From NCBI GenBank assembly GCA_963789955.1, contig CAWBMV010000022.1, positions 96,001-160,000 of the forward strand: a DNA stretch of 64,000 nt. The letters are read 5' to 3'. Below, piece by piece: positions 53,131 through 64,000 of the stretch. Within the stretch, counting starts at the first letter, position 1. Each line of letters begins with the position of its first letter. Source of the stretch: an uncultured Candidatus Rokubacteria bacterium. GTDB taxonomy: Bacteria > Methylomirabilota > Methylomirabilia > Rokubacteriales > CSP1-6. The position numbers were made by a program, and so were the translations under genes. The notes beneath the pieces were generated by a model, which was given only the letters and a program-made list of their open reading frames with translations, did not search any database and was not told where the DNA came from.

Positions 53131-54627
53131 CTACGGCGTGCGCCAGGCCCCGCCGTCGCGGGCGATGAACGAGTCGGCCTCCGGCGGCCCCCAGGTCCCC
53201 GCTTCGTACAGGTAAGGCCCGGCCGCTCCGTCGTGCGCCCAGGCATCCAGTACGGGGCCCAGCAGAGACCAGGCCTGCTCGACCCAATCGGCTCGAGCGT
53301 AGAGCGTCGAATCCCCGTGCACTGCGTCGAGCAGGAGACGCTCGTACGCCTCCGGAGGCTCGGCGCCGAAGACCTCGCCGTAGCGAAAGTCGAGCCCGAC
53401 CGGCAGGAGCTTGAGGTCCGGGCCGGGCATCTTCGCGGCGACCGTCAGCGCGACTCCCTCGTCCGGCTGGATGCGGATCACGAGCTCATTGGGATCGACT
53501 CCGCCGGCCGGGTCGCGGTGGAAGATCATGTGCGGGGTGCGGTGGAAGCGGATCGCGATCTCGCTCACGCGCTTGGCCAGACGCTTGCCCGTGCGCAGAT
53601 AGAAGGGCACGCCCGCCCAGCGCCAGTTGTCGACCGTGAGCCGCAGGGCCGCGTACGTCTCGGTCCTCGAGTCCGGCGCGACCCCTTTCTCCTGCCGGTA
53701 GCCCGGTCCCTGCTTGCCGCCGACGAATCCGGGACCGTACTGGCCGCGGAGCGCGACCTCGTCGACCTTGCGCGGGTCGATCGGCCGGATGGCGCGCATG
53801 ACCTTGTTCTTCTCGTCGTGGACCGGGCCGGCGTCGAAGGTCACCGGCGGCTCGAGCGCGATGAGGCACAGCAGCTGGAGCAGGTGATTCTGCATCATGT
53901 CTCGCAGCGCGCCCGCTTCCTCGTAGTAGGCGCCGCGTGTCTCGACGCCGATCGTCTCGGCGACGGTGATCTGGACCTCGGCCACGTGGCTCCGATTCCA
54001 CAAGGGCTCGAAGATGCCGTTGGCGAAACGGAGCACGAGGAGGTTCTGGACGGTCTCCTTCCCGAGGTAGTGATCGATCCGGTAGATCTGCTCCTCGAGA
54101 AAGACCTGCCCGAGCCGGCTGTTGAGCGTGCGGGCGCTCTCGTAGTCGTGCCCGAACGGCTTCTCCACGATGATGCGGGTCCAGCCCCCCTGCGGGCGCG
54201 CCAGGCCGGAGGCGCCCAGGTTCTCGACGATGCTCTCGTAGAGGCTCGGGGGCGTCGCGAGATAGAAGAGACGATTCGCGGGCCCGGGGCGGTCCTTCTC
54301 GATGTCCCGCAGCGCGCGCTCGAGCGAGCCGTAGAGCGCGGGATTGGCCGGGTCGCCGGTGACGTAGGACAGCGACGCCGCGAAGCGATCCCAGACATTG
54401 GCCGACGGCGGCTTGACGCGCGCGAACTCGCGCACGGCGTCGCGCATGCGGTGGCGAAACTCGTCGTCGGTCACCTCGCTGCGCGCGCTGCCGATGATCG
54501 CGAACGGCTCGGGCAAGGTGCGCGCCGCGTAGAGGCTCCAGAGGGCGGGGACGAGCTTCCGTCGCGTCAGATCGCCCGAGGCGCCGAAGATGACGAGCGT
54601 GAAGGGCTCGTCGGACATCGCGGGCAT
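53131..54627 (-). CDS. zwf: Glucose-6-phosphate 1-dehydrogenase
   Basis: FGASGDL, EKPFG, RIDHYLGKE, RW.GVPFYLRTGK. Confidence 0.97.
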   Translation of the reverse strand: MPAMSDEPFTLVIFGASGDLTRRKLVPALWSLYAARTLPEPFAIIGSARSEVTDDEFRHRMRDAVREFARVKPPSANVWDRFAASLSYVTGDPANPALYGSLERALRDIEKDRPGPANRLFYLATPPSLYESIVENLGASGLARPQGGWTRIIVEKPFGHDYESARTLNSRLGQVFLEEQIYRIDHYLGKETVQNLLVLRFANGIFEPLWNRSHVAEVQITVAETIGVETRGAYYEEAGALRDMMQNHLLQLLCLIALEPPVTFDAGPVHDEKNKVMRAIRPIDPRKVDEVALRGQYGPGFVGGKQGPGYRQEKGVAPDSRTETYAALRLTVDNWRWAGVPFYLRTGKRLAKRVSEIAIRFHRTPHMIFHRDPAGGVDPNELVIRIQPDEGVALTVAAKMPGPDLKLLPVGLDFRYGEVFGAEPPEAYERLLLDAVHGDSTLYARADWVEQAWSLLGPVLDAWAHDGAAGPYLYEAGTWGPPEADSFIARDGGAWRTP

Positions 54628-54629
54628 CG

Positions 54630-55385
54630 CTAGCGAGCCCCGCCGATCGGATGGAGCGCCGCCGCCGCCCGGTCGGCCAGCCAGATGAGCTCGCCCTCGG
54701 TGGGACGGATCATTCCCGCCGGCACCAGAGCCTGGTCCGAGAGCACGGCCTTCACGATCTTCGCCTTCTCGGCGCCTGCGACCAGGAAGATCACGCGCGC
54801 GGCGGCGTTGAGCACCGGGAACGTGAGCGTGAGACGCTGCGGGATCTGCGCCGCCGAGACGTGGACGGCCGCGACGGTGCGGAACACCTCGCGCAGCACC
54901 GGAGAGCCGGGGAACAACGACGCCGTGTGCCCGTCGACGCCCAGGCCGAGGAGCACGAGATCGAAGCGCGGCAGCTCGCCGCGACGCGTGCCGAACGCCT
55001 CGCTGAGCACGGCGGCGTACGCCGCCGCGGCGTTGTCGGCGTCGGCGTCCTCGCCGCGCATCCGAAGAACCTGCGCGGGCGGAATGGGCACCCGCGACAG
55101 GAGCGTTTCATTCGCCATGCGGTAGTTCGACTCGGCGTGGTCCGGCGGCACGACGCGCTCGTCGCCGAAGAACGCCCACGTGCGGTCCCAGCGCACGCGC
55201 TCGCTGAACGCGGGCAGCGCCAGGCGCTCGTAGGTCTTGCGTGGCGTCTCGCCTCCGGCCAGGCACAGCATGAATCGGCCGCGCTCTCGGACGGCTTCGG
55301 TCGCGACGTCGATGATGAGGTTGGCGGCGGTCTCGGCGAGCGCCGCGGGATCCGCGCAGACGGTCAGGGTGGCGTCGGAAGCCAT
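54630..55385 (-). CDS. pgl: 6-phosphogluconolactonase
   Basis: GG.TP, GDER.VP..H..SNY, LG.G.DGHTASLFP. Confidence 0.95.
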   Translation of the reverse strand: MASDATLTVCADPAALAETAANLIIDVATEAVRERGRFMLCLAGGETPRKTYERLALPAFSERVRWDRTWAFFGDERVVPPDHAESNYRMANETLLSRVPIPPAQVLRMRGEDADADNAAAAYAAVLSEAFGTRRGELPRFDLVLLGLGVDGHTASLFPGSPVLREVFRTVAAVHVSAAQIPQRLTLTFPVLNAAARVIFLVAGAEKAKIVKAVLSDQALVPAGMIRPTEGELIWLADRAAAALHPIGGAR

Positions 55386-55392
55386 GATCAGA

Positions 55393-56836
55393 TCATACCC
55401 TCTCGTCCAGCCGGCGCTGGCGTTCGAGCGCTTCTCGGTACCGAATGTGATGTGCGGTATTGGGCACGAAGGTCTCCCCGGTGGCGTGGAAGGCCGATGA
55501 CAGATCGGGAAGAACCCTGAGTGCCTCCAGGGCGAGCAGGGCGGCGCCTCGACTGGTCGCTTCGGGCTCGACGGAATAGGTGATAGGGCGACCAATTGCA
55601 TCCGCGATGATCTGGGTCCAGGCGCGGGAGTGCCCAAGCGCCGCGCCCGAGGCCGACGATGGCATGTCCGGCCGAGGCGCAGGGCGCCAGCAGGTCGTAC
55701 ACGGCCGCGAGCCGAAGCGCCACCGACTCCAGCGCGGCGCGGACGATCTCGATGCCGCTCGTGTCGAGGCGAAGGCCGCTGATCGCTCCCCGGCGCCCGT
55801 CGCGCCACCCCGGCGCCCGCTCCCCGGCCAGGTGCGGGAGGATCGTGAGGCCGTGGCCATCCGGCGGCAACGCGGCCAGAGCCGCCTCGACCTCCTCGTC
55901 GCTCCCGAGCCGCAGCACGCGACGGCACCACGCATAGATGTTACCGCCTTCGGAGGTCGCGCCTCCCAGGATCGCGTGTTTGCGATCGACCCGGTAGCGC
56001 CAGAGCCCACGCGGTGGGGGCGGTTGATCGCGGGTCACGACCCGGAGCGCCGCGGACGTGCCCACGTTCAGGGCAATCCGCGTCGGATCGACGCAATCGG
56101 ACCCGACGTTGCTGGCGGCCCCGTCGCCGACGGCCGGGAACCAGCTCGCGGTTCGCAGCGCGGGCCAGCGACTCGCCCACGGGGCGCGCAGGCCGTGTCG
56201 AGGCTCGGTGCGATCGCACAGGGGAAAGAGACGCTGCTCGTCCACCTCGGCGGCCGCCATGGCTTCGACGTCCCACCGCGCGGTCTCCTGGTCGATGAGG
56301 CCGGTCCCTGACGCCATCGACACGCTCGTGGTCGCCTCGCCGAACAGGCTGATCTCGAGGAATTCCCCGAACGAGCCCCACCGCGCCACGCGACTGGCCT
56401 CGGTCGGTCGCTCACGGACGAGCCACCGCAGCTTGGCGGGCCAGTACGAGGAGTGCAGATGGCATCCCGTACGCGCGTGCACCGCGTCGTCGTCGAGCGC
56501 CGCGCGAAGCACCTGGGCTTCGGCGAAGCTTCGAGTATCCGCCCACATATATACGGGAGTGATCGGGCGCCCGCCCGCGTCGAAGCCGAGAAGCCCATGC
56601 CAGAATGTCGCCACACCGACCCCTCGGGTCTCCTCGGGAGGCCGATTGGGATGGATCGCGTCCAGGCATGCGACGACCGCCTCCAGCAGTCGGTGCGGGT
56701 CGTGCTCCACGCCGCCGTCCGAGGTGAGCCTCGGAGTGTACTTGACCTGGTGGGAGCGCCCTTCGATCGGCCGACCTTCGCCGTCGTAAAACGCGGCCCG
56801 GGCGGACGAGGTCCCGACGTCGAGCGCGATGACCAC
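55393..56836 (-). CDS. gntK: Gluconokinase, FGGY family (apparent frameshift near 55650)
   Basis: DVGTSS, WAD.RS, DGAASN.G, GERAPGW, EATSRGAA; adjacent to pgl/zwf. Confidence 0.85.
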
Positions 56837-56927
56837 TGAGTTAAGATAGCCCCATGCCGGAGGCGGGGGAAATTCTCACCTCGAGGGGTCTGCTCGCCCG
56901 GTCTATCGGGATCACACGGAGAACGTC

Positions 56928-58596
56928 ATGAGCCAAATCAAAGTTCTGAGCCCAGTCGGTGTGGCTGCCGGCGACACGCTGAGCGTGCCGCCGCTGCCCG
57001 GATCGCTCGCCGGCCGCACGATCGGCTTCATCGACAACCGGAAGGCGAACTTCGATCTCCTCGCCGACGAGATCGGCGCGATCCTCTCCGCCGAGCATGG
57101 GGTCAAGACCGTCATCCGGCGGCGCAAGGCGAACGCCGCGACACCGGCCGCTCCGGAGATTCTCGCGGGCCTGGCGAAAGACTGCGACGTCGTCTTCGCC
57201 GGCTCGGCCGACTGAGGGTCCTGCACGTCGTGGAGTCTCCACGACGCCATCGAGCTGGCAAAGGCGGGAACCCCGAGTGCGGTCATCGGCACGACGGTCT
57301 TCCAGGGGCTCGCCCAGAGCGAGATGCGGGCGCTCGGCGTCTCGGGTCTTTCCATGGTCGCGATCGAGCATCCACTCGGCGGCGAGCGTAGCGAGGGCGT
57401 CGCCCGAAGAGCCCGCCAGGCCGTCGACCAGATCAAAGGCCTCCTCGGTAAAGCGGGCATCGGCGAAGCGAGCTTCGGCGCGCGCGAGATCGCGCGTGCG
57501 GAGCCGGCAAGCACCTCTCTCAGGCCACCCGCGGTCCAAGCCGGCCTCACGGACCCCGCTACAAACAAGCCCGCTACAACAGACGCCGTTACGGTAACCG
57601 ATACGCCGGAGGCCGTCCTCGCGGCCTTCTGCGAGCGTCAATGGTGTGATGGGCTGCCGATCATTCCACCCACCGAGGAGCGCGTGCAGGCCATGCTGGG
57701 AGGCGCGCCCGGCGCGCGCTCGCTCGGCGTGATGCCGCCGCTCTGGCGGCTCGCGACGCTCGAGAAGCTCGCGGTGAACGCCGTGATGGCCGGCTGCGAG
57801 CCCGCGGCGTTCCCGCTCATCGTCGCCGCGGTCGAGGCGATGCTCGACCCATCGTTCAACCTCTACGGCGTGCAGGCAACGACGCACTCGGTCGCGCCGC
57901 TCCTGATCGTCCACGGACCGATCGCCGCCGAGCTCGGCGTGCACTCCGGTAGTGGATGTTTCGGTCCCGGCTTCCGCGGCAACGCGACGATCGGTCGCGC
58001 GATCCGGCTCATCTTGCTGAACGTCGGCGGCGCCTGGCCGGGTCGTCACGATATGGCGACCCAGGGGAGCCCGGCGAAATTCTCCTATTGCATCGCCGAG
58101 CGCGCGGACGCGTCGCCCTGGGGCGCACTCCACGAGGACAACGTCGTCACCGTCTTCGGCGGCGAGCCGCCGCACAACGTGAACGACCACGTCTCGACGA
58201 CCGCCGCCGGCATTCTCGCGACGGTGGCCGACACCGCGGTCTCGCTCGGGTCGAACGTCGGCTGGTACTTTTCGCAGAGCCAGCTGCTCATCGTGCTGGG
58301 GCCGGAGCACGCCAAGACGGTCGCCGGCGACGGATTGAGCCGGGCCGACGTCCAGCGCTTCGTCTTCGAGAACGCGCGCCTGCCGCTGCGCACGTTGAAG
58401 CTCGGCGGCATGTGGGGCATCCAGGACTGGCCACCGCTGGATGAACGCCGTCACCGACGACAACGCACTCTTGCCGCAGGTGCCGTCGCCCGAGGACGTG
58501 ATGGTGATCGTCGCGGGCGGCCCGGGCAAGCACTCGGCGGTCGTCCCGAACTGCACCTTCAGTCGGGCCGTTTCGCGCCCGATCCGGCCGCTCTAG
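56928..58596 (+). CDS. UGSC-type selenoprotein fused to a DGLP..PPT domain (UGA at 57213; apparent frameshift near 58437)
   Basis: AGSAD-U-GSCTSWSLHD, in frame with ORF 57324; tail ...AGGPGKHS...RPL* ends at 58596. Confidence 0.85.
57226..57246 (+). promoter_or_regulatory. Bacterial SECIS-like hairpin
   Basis: CGTCGTGGA-GTC-TCCACGACG; stem starts 11 nt after the UGA, G-led loop. Confidence 0.7.
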
Positions 58597-58662
58597 CGGA
58601 CGCTGACGGCAGTCGTGCCTCAGGCCGTCGCGGGGCGCTGGCCGCCGCCGGCCGAGGCGCGC

Positions 58663-59574
58663 CTACGAACCAGATCGCCCGCGGTCGGCCAGCAGGAGCC
58701 CGAGCGCGGTCACCAGGAGCAACGCGCCCACGACCCCTGCAGCGCCAAGCCGCTCGCCGAAGAGCGCCACTCCCAGGATCGTGGCCGTCAACGGCTCGAG
58801 CAGGGTCGTGACACCGGCGACCGAGGCCGGCACGCTCCGCAGACCGAGCGTGTAGATCGCGTAGGCGGCCGCCGTCGCCACGCCCCCCAGATACAAGAGC
58901 CAGGGCCAGCCGAGCGCGAGCTGGGTCAACGGGGCCGCAGTCCACACGAGGGCCGGCGTCAACAGAAGCGCGCCGATCGTGAACGTGAGCGCCGTCGCGG
59001 GAAGCGGTGCCGAGCGTCGGAGCGTCGCCTTCGCCGCGAGCACGTAGAGCGCATAGGCGAGCCCCGCGACGAACGCGAGCAGGACGCCGGCGAGAAATCG
59101 CGGCGACAGGTCGAGCGTCCCGGCCGGCGTGGACACGAGCAGGGCAGTGCCGAGCACGCCGAGCAGGAGCGCGCCGCCCACGCGCGGCGCAAGCCGCTCG
59201 CCGAGCAGCCAGGGCGCGAGCGCCGCGATCATGAGCGGCGCCGAGCAAATCGCGACGAGCGCCACGACGGCGATACCGGCGAGCGTGACGGCCGTGAAAT
59301 ACGCGGCCTGGTAGGCGGCCATGCAGGCGCCCATCGCGAGACAGCGCCAGCGGTCACCCGTCGCGACGACGACACCGCGGGCGGTCACCGCGGTTGCGAC
59401 GAGCAGGAAGATCGCGGCGATCCACAGGCGCGCGACGCCGACCAGCAGAGGGCTCGCCGCGGCGCGCTCGGCGAGCACGGTCATCACCGAGCCGCTCGTG
59501 CCCCAGGAGATCGCGGCGAGCGCGATGAGGACCAGACCGATGACGGTCCGGGGGGCTTGACGCGCTCGATGCAC
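58663..59574 (-). CDS. EamA/DMT-family transporter
   Basis: About 10 TM helices; two EamA repeats (WG, LGERL, LEPL.A). Confidence 0.88.
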   Translation of the reverse strand: MHRARQAPRTVIGLVLIALAAISWGTSGSVMTVLAERAAASPLLVGVARLWIAAIFLLVATAVTARGVVVATGDRWRCLAMGACMAAYQAAYFTAVTLAGIAVVALVAICSAPLMIAALAPWLLGERLAPRVGGALLLGVLGTALLVSTPAGTLDLSPRFLAGVLLAFVAGLAYALYVLAAKATLRRSAPLPATALTFTIGALLLTPALVWTAAPLTQLALGWPWLLYLGGVATAAAYAIYTLGLRSVPASVAGVTTLLEPLTATILGVALFGERLGAAGVVGALLLVTALGLLLADRGRSGS

Positions 59575-59691
59575 CCCGCGATCATAGCTCGGGCGCGGCA
59601 TCGTTCGCGGCCTCTCGAAACCATCTGTTGAAAGGCGCGCCGCAGCCGGCGCGCACCACCCGGCGCACCGGAGCCACGAAGGAGTCTCTCC

Positions 59692-60594
59692 ATGAAGATC
59701 GGATTCATCGGAGTCGGCGCGATGGGCCAGCCGATGCTGGCGAACCTCGTGAAGCACGGCCATCAGGTCGTCGCGTACGACGTGATCGAGGCCGCGCTGG
59801 CCGGCGCGGTCAAGGCCGGCGCCACGCGCGCCGCGTCGTCCGCCGCGGCCGCGAGGGACAGCGAGCTGGTGATCACGATCCTCCCGTCGTCCTCGCACGT
59901 CGAGGCGGCCTATCTCGGCCAGGGGGGCGTGCTCGAAGGCGTGGGCGCCGGACGTCTGTGCATCGACATGTCCACGATCGATCCGAGCGTGTCGCGGCGA
60001 GTCGCCGACGCCGTGAGCAAGCGCGGTGCCCGCTTCATCGACGCGCCGGTGTCCGGTGGCGTGCCGCGCGCGACCGACGGGACGCTCGCCATCATGGTCG
60101 GCGGCGACGCGCGAGACTTCGAGGAGGCCCGGCCGGTGCTGGCGGCGATGGGCGCCAACGTCATCCACGTCGGGCCCGTGGGCGCGGGGGAGGTGGCCAA
60201 GCTCTGCAACAATCTGGTCGCGGGCGTCGCCGCGGTCGCGGTCAGTGAGGCGTTCCGGATCGCCGAAGGCTTCGGCGTCGACCCCAAGGTGTTGACCGAC
60301 GTCATCTCCAAGTCGTCGGGAAACACCTGGGTGATGGAGCACATGCATCCCGTGCCCGGGCTCGTGGGCAAGGCGCCCTCGAGCCGCGACTACGCGCCCG
60401 GCTTCACCACCGACCTGATGGCGAAGGATCTCGGGCTCGTCGTCAACGCCGCCCGCGAGCTGCGGGTGCCGGTGCTCGTGGCGCCGGCGGCGCAGCAGGC
60501 GCTCCGGCTCGCGTCGTCCCACGGCTTCGGGCGGAAGGACTTCTCGTCGATCTATATGTTCCTCAGAGCATCAAGCCGCGAATCACCGGTCTGA
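59692..60594 (+). CDS. 3-hydroxyisobutyrate dehydrogenase family
   Basis: GFIGVGAMG.PM, DAPVSGG, KLCNN, KDLGL. Confidence 0.9.
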   Translation: MKIGFIGVGAMGQPMLANLVKHGHQVVAYDVIEAALAGAVKAGATRAASSAAAARDSELVITILPSSSHVEAAYLGQGGVLEGVGAGRLCIDMSTIDPSVSRRVADAVSKRGARFIDAPVSGGVPRATDGTLAIMVGGDARDFEEARPVLAAMGANVIHVGPVGAGEVAKLCNNLVAGVAAVAVSEAFRIAEGFGVDPKVLTDVISKSSGNTWVMEHMHPVPGLVGKAPSSRDYAPGFTTDLMAKDLGLVVNAARELRVPVLVAPAAQQALRLASSHGFGRKDFSSIYMFLRASSRESPV

Positions 60595-60632
60595 TATGCT
60601 GACCCGGGCGTGAGCGGCGGAGGAGGGCCATC

Positions 60633-60956
60633 GTGGCGATGTACGTGATGCTGAGCACGCTGTCCGAGTCGGGACGCAAGGTCCTCCGCGGGCGGCCCGG
60701 CTGGATTCGCAAGGTCAACGCCGACGTGCAGCGCATGGGCGCGCGCGTCGTCGCCCAGTACGCGGTGCTGGGCCCGTACGATTTCGTCACCATCATCGAG
60801 GCGCCGGACAACGCGACGATCTCGCGCGTGTCCGTCGAGCTCGGCGCTCGCGGGGGCGTCGCCGGCATGACGATGGCGGCGATCCCCCTCGACGAATTCA
60901 TCGGACGGCTGGAGCGCGGCACGGCCCGCCGACGCGGCGAAAGGAAGAGGCGTTGA
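60633..60956 (+). CDS. GYD domain protein
   Basis: LGPYDFV.I.EAPD motif. Confidence 0.85.
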   Translation: MAMYVMLSTLSESGRKVLRGRPGWIRKVNADVQRMGARVVAQYAVLGPYDFVTIIEAPDNATISRVSVELGARGGVAGMTMAAIPLDEFIGRLERGTARRRGERKRR

Positions 60957-61423
60957 AGGTTCTCAAGATCCATCCGGAGAAGTGCACGGGCTGTCTGCGC
61001 TGTGAGCTCGCCTGCTCGTACATGCAGACCGGCGACTACCAGCCCGCCAAGTCCGTGATTCGCGTCTCGCCCTTCGAGGGCCACACCTCCTATGCGCCCT
61101 ACACCTGCACCCAGTGCGCGGAGGGCTGGTGCATGACGGCGTGTCCGGTGGGCGCGATCACGATCAGCGCCGTCGGCGCCAAGGACGTCGTCGACGATCG
61201 ATGCGTGGGCTGCAAGCTCTGCACGATCGCCTGCCCGTACGGCACGATGTTCTACGACACGTCGACGCGCAAGGCCTTCAAGTGCAACCTCTGCGGCGGC
61301 GCTCCGGCCTGCGCCGAGGCGTGCCCGACGGCGGCCATCACCTACGAGGACGTCGAGACCGCCGACTGGCTCGGCGATTTCGCCCGCGAGCGGACCGCGC
61401 GGGTGCTCGTGGAGGCTCGCTGA
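60953..61423 (+). CDS. Polyferredoxin (four 4Fe-4S clusters), AorA-like
   Basis: CTGCLRCELAC, CTQC...C..ACP, CVGCKLCTIACP, KCNLC...C..ACP. Confidence 0.92.
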   Translation: MKVLKIHPEKCTGCLRCELACSYMQTGDYQPAKSVIRVSPFEGHTSYAPYTCTQCAEGWCMTACPVGAITISAVGAKDVVDDRCVGCKLCTIACPYGTMFYDTSTRKAFKCNLCGGAPACAEACPTAAITYEDVETADWLGDFARERTARVLVEAR

Positions 61424-62748
61424 TGGCGCGCCGGCACCTGATCATCGGCGGCGGCACCGCCGGCATGAACGCGATGCGGACGATTCGCGAGGAAGAGGTC
61501 GAGCGCTCGACGATCACCCTGGTGAGCGCGGAGAAACCCTATTCGCGGATGGTCCTGCCGTACTATCTCGATCGCTCGATCGCCGAGTCGCACGTGTTCA
61601 CCGCGACCGCGAGGGTGCTGGCCGATTGGGGCGTCAAGACGCACCTGGGCAAGCGCGCGACCGCGCTCGACACGAAGGCGAACGTGTGCACGCTCGACGA
61701 CGGCACGACGGTCGAGTACGACGACTGCCTGATCGCGACGGGCTCCTCTGCGGTCCGGGCCCCGGTTCCCGGCGCGGACGGGCCGGGGGTTCACTCGTTC
61801 TGGACCCTCGATCAGGCCGCGGCGTGCTCGCGCAGATCCGGCCGGGCAGCCACGTGGTCATGGTCGGCGCCGGCTTCATCTCGTTCACGATCCTGAACTC
61901 GATCCTCTCGCTCGGCGCCAAGCTGACGATCGTGGAGGTCGCGCCGCGCATCCTGCCGCGCATGATCGACGACACGGGCGCGGCGCTGGTCCAGACGTGG
62001 CTCGAGAAGCACGGCGTGGCGGTCCGCACGGGCGCGAAGCTCACCGCCATCGACGAGGCGAAGGGCCGGCGGCGGCTCAAGATGGCCGCGGGCGGCGATC
62101 TCGTCGCCGACGTCGTGATCATGGCGACCGGCATCCGGACGAACCTCGACTGGCTCAACGGCTCCGAGGTGACGATCAATCAGGGCGTCGTCGTCGACGA
62201 TCATCTGCGCTCGAGCGTCCCGAACGTCTACGCCGCCGGCGACGTCGCCGAGGGGCGCGACCTGATCTCGCAGACCAACGCGGTGCACGCCATCGAGCCG
62301 ACGGCCCAGGAGCACGGGCGCGTGGTCGGCGCCAACATGGCCGGCAAGGACGTGCGCTATCGCGGGCAGCCTCATCATGAACATCGTCGAGGTCTGCCAC
62401 CTCGACGTCGCGTCGTTCGGCGCCTGGGACGACGCGAAGGCCGAGACGATGAGCGGCGTCAAGGCCGATCGGCCGGCGTATCGCAAGCTCCTCTGGCGGG
62501 GCGATCGGCTGACCGGCGCGATCATCCTCGGCCCCTCGACCGACATCTGGACCACCAACGACGTCGGGATGCTCAAGGGGCTCGTGCAGTCGGGCGTCTC
62601 GCTTGGAGCCTGGAAGGCGCACCTGAAGAAGAACCCGTTCGACATCAAGCCCGCGTTCATCGCCACGAAGACGACGAGCACCTTGCTTCCCGAAACCGTC
62701 CTGGGACGCCCGTCGAAAGCGCCCGGGGAAAGTCCGGTGGCCGTATGA
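61423..62748 (+). CDS. FAD/NAD(P)-dependent oxidoreductase, AorC-like (apparent frameshifts near 61820 and 62365)
   Basis: IIGGGTAG, PYSR, IATGS, GAGFI, VYAAGDVAE. Confidence 0.87.
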
Positions 62749-64000
62749 GTCCAGCAACCGCGAGCGCACCGAAGCAGCTCAAGAGCGAAACCCCTCACGG
62801 CCGCGCGCCCCGGCGGATTCGCCGGCAAGCTCCTGCGCGTCGACCTCACGCGCCGCAAGTGCTGGGCCGAGCCCTGGGGCCCGGAGCGAATGCGCGAGCA
62901 GCTCGGCGGCGTCGGTCTCGGCGCGATGATCCTCTATCGCGAGACGGCGGCGAAGGGCGGCAAGAAGAACGTCGCGTGGGACCATCCGGACAATCGCCTC
63001 GTGCTGGGCACGGGCCCGCTCGCCGGCCTGCCGGTGTGGGGCACCGGCGGTCTCACCGTGTGCACGATCGGGGCCGGCACCAACGGCCCGACCTCGACGC
63101 AGGCCAACGGATTCTTCGGGACCAATCTCAAGTACTGCGGCTACGACGCGATCATCATCCAGGGGCAGTCGAAGGACTGGGTCTACCTCTACATCAACGA
63201 CGACGTCATCGAGCTTCGCGACGCCAAGTCGTTGATCGGCCTCGACACCTGGGAGACGCAGAACGCGCTCTACCGTGAGACCGGTCTCGTCGGCCATCAG
63301 CTCTCGGTCTACTCGATCGGCCCCGCCGGCGAGAACCTCGTCAAGTTCGCCGCCATCCAGGGCGACTTCGGTCACGTCGCGTCGAAGAACGGCTGCGGCG
63401 CGGTCATGGGCAAGAAGCGGCTCAAGGCGGTCGCGATCGTCAAGGGCACGAAGGCGCTGCGCGCCGCCGATCCGCGCGGGCGTGATGCAGGCCGCCGACG
63501 ACATGTCGCACGATCTCCGGACCGACCCCTCCGCGCGCTCGCTCTACGAGTACGGCACGCTGCCCGGTGTCGTGAACCTGTCCAAGATGGGCGCGCTGCC
63601 GATCAAGAACTACACGACCAACCTGACGTCGAACGTCGCGGGCGCCGACATGGCGGCGTGGGAGGCGCCGAAGCTCCGCGAGAACTTCGACCACCGCGGG
63701 CACCAGTGCAACGCGTGCGGCATGCACCACTGCCACATGTCGGTGATCCGGCACGGCGAGAAGAAGGGCCAGATCGTCGACGAGCCCGAGTACGAGGGCT
63801 GGTCGGGCTGCGGCTGGGCGATCGGCGCGACCGACCGCGACGGCGTCGCCTGGCTCAACACCGAGTGCGACAGCGCGTGCGTCGACGTCAACGAGTGGGG
63901 CTGGCTCTGCGGCTGGGTCATGGAGTGCCAGGAGAAGGGCTACATCACGCGCGAGCAGCTCGGCTTCGAGCTCAAGTGGGGCGATATCAAGGGCGCCGCC
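62745..64000 (+). CDS. Aldehyde:ferredoxin oxidoreductase (W/Mo), truncated by the window end; apparent frameshifts near 62795 and 63480
   Basis: GKLLRVDL, IGPAGENLVKFA.I, G.GAVMG.K.LKA, C..C..HC, EPEYE. Confidence 0.9.

Noticed and set aside
4432..64000. More than 20 frameshifts read as pseudogenes or programmed frameshifting
   Set aside because: Single-base indels are scattered through otherwise intact genes, sometimes compensating, with no shared slippery motif; best explained as long-read error
1..64000. tRNA, rRNA, transposase, integrase or phage genes
   Set aside because: None recognisable by eye; tRNAscan-SE and Rfam searches were not run

Overview
High-GC (roughly 70% by eye) bacterial chromosomal window; gene content tentatively suggests an uncultured soil lineage such as Ca. 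Rokubacteria (inference only). Many intact-looking genes carry single-base indels, typical of an unpolished long-read assembly, so frameshifted genes are reported as CDS rather than pseudogenes. Highlights: (1) an ~18.4-32.1 kb signalling island with a sigma54 activator, two sigma54/IHF-type AT-rich promoters, a degenerate nuclease-fold Pro-rich protein, an HD-GYP regulator, two paralogous methyltransferases, a GNAT, a membrane-GAF kinase, a hybrid kinase and two paralogous unknown secreted proteins, wired like an autoinduction loop; (2) two UGA-readthrough selenoproteins with SECIS-like hairpins, a UxxC redoxin in a Met-rich-peptide/two-component/msrPQ cluster and a UGSC-type fusion; (3) an imuA-imuB-dnaE2 cassette whose DnaE2 carries a LAGLIDADG intein; (4) a 63-bp tandem palindromic repeat array; (5) an orphan ActA-like hexaheme cytochrome, a divergent Fe-S hydro-lyase pair, phnA, metH, ettA, gntK-pgl-zwf and the start of an aldehyde:ferredoxin oxidoreductase operon.
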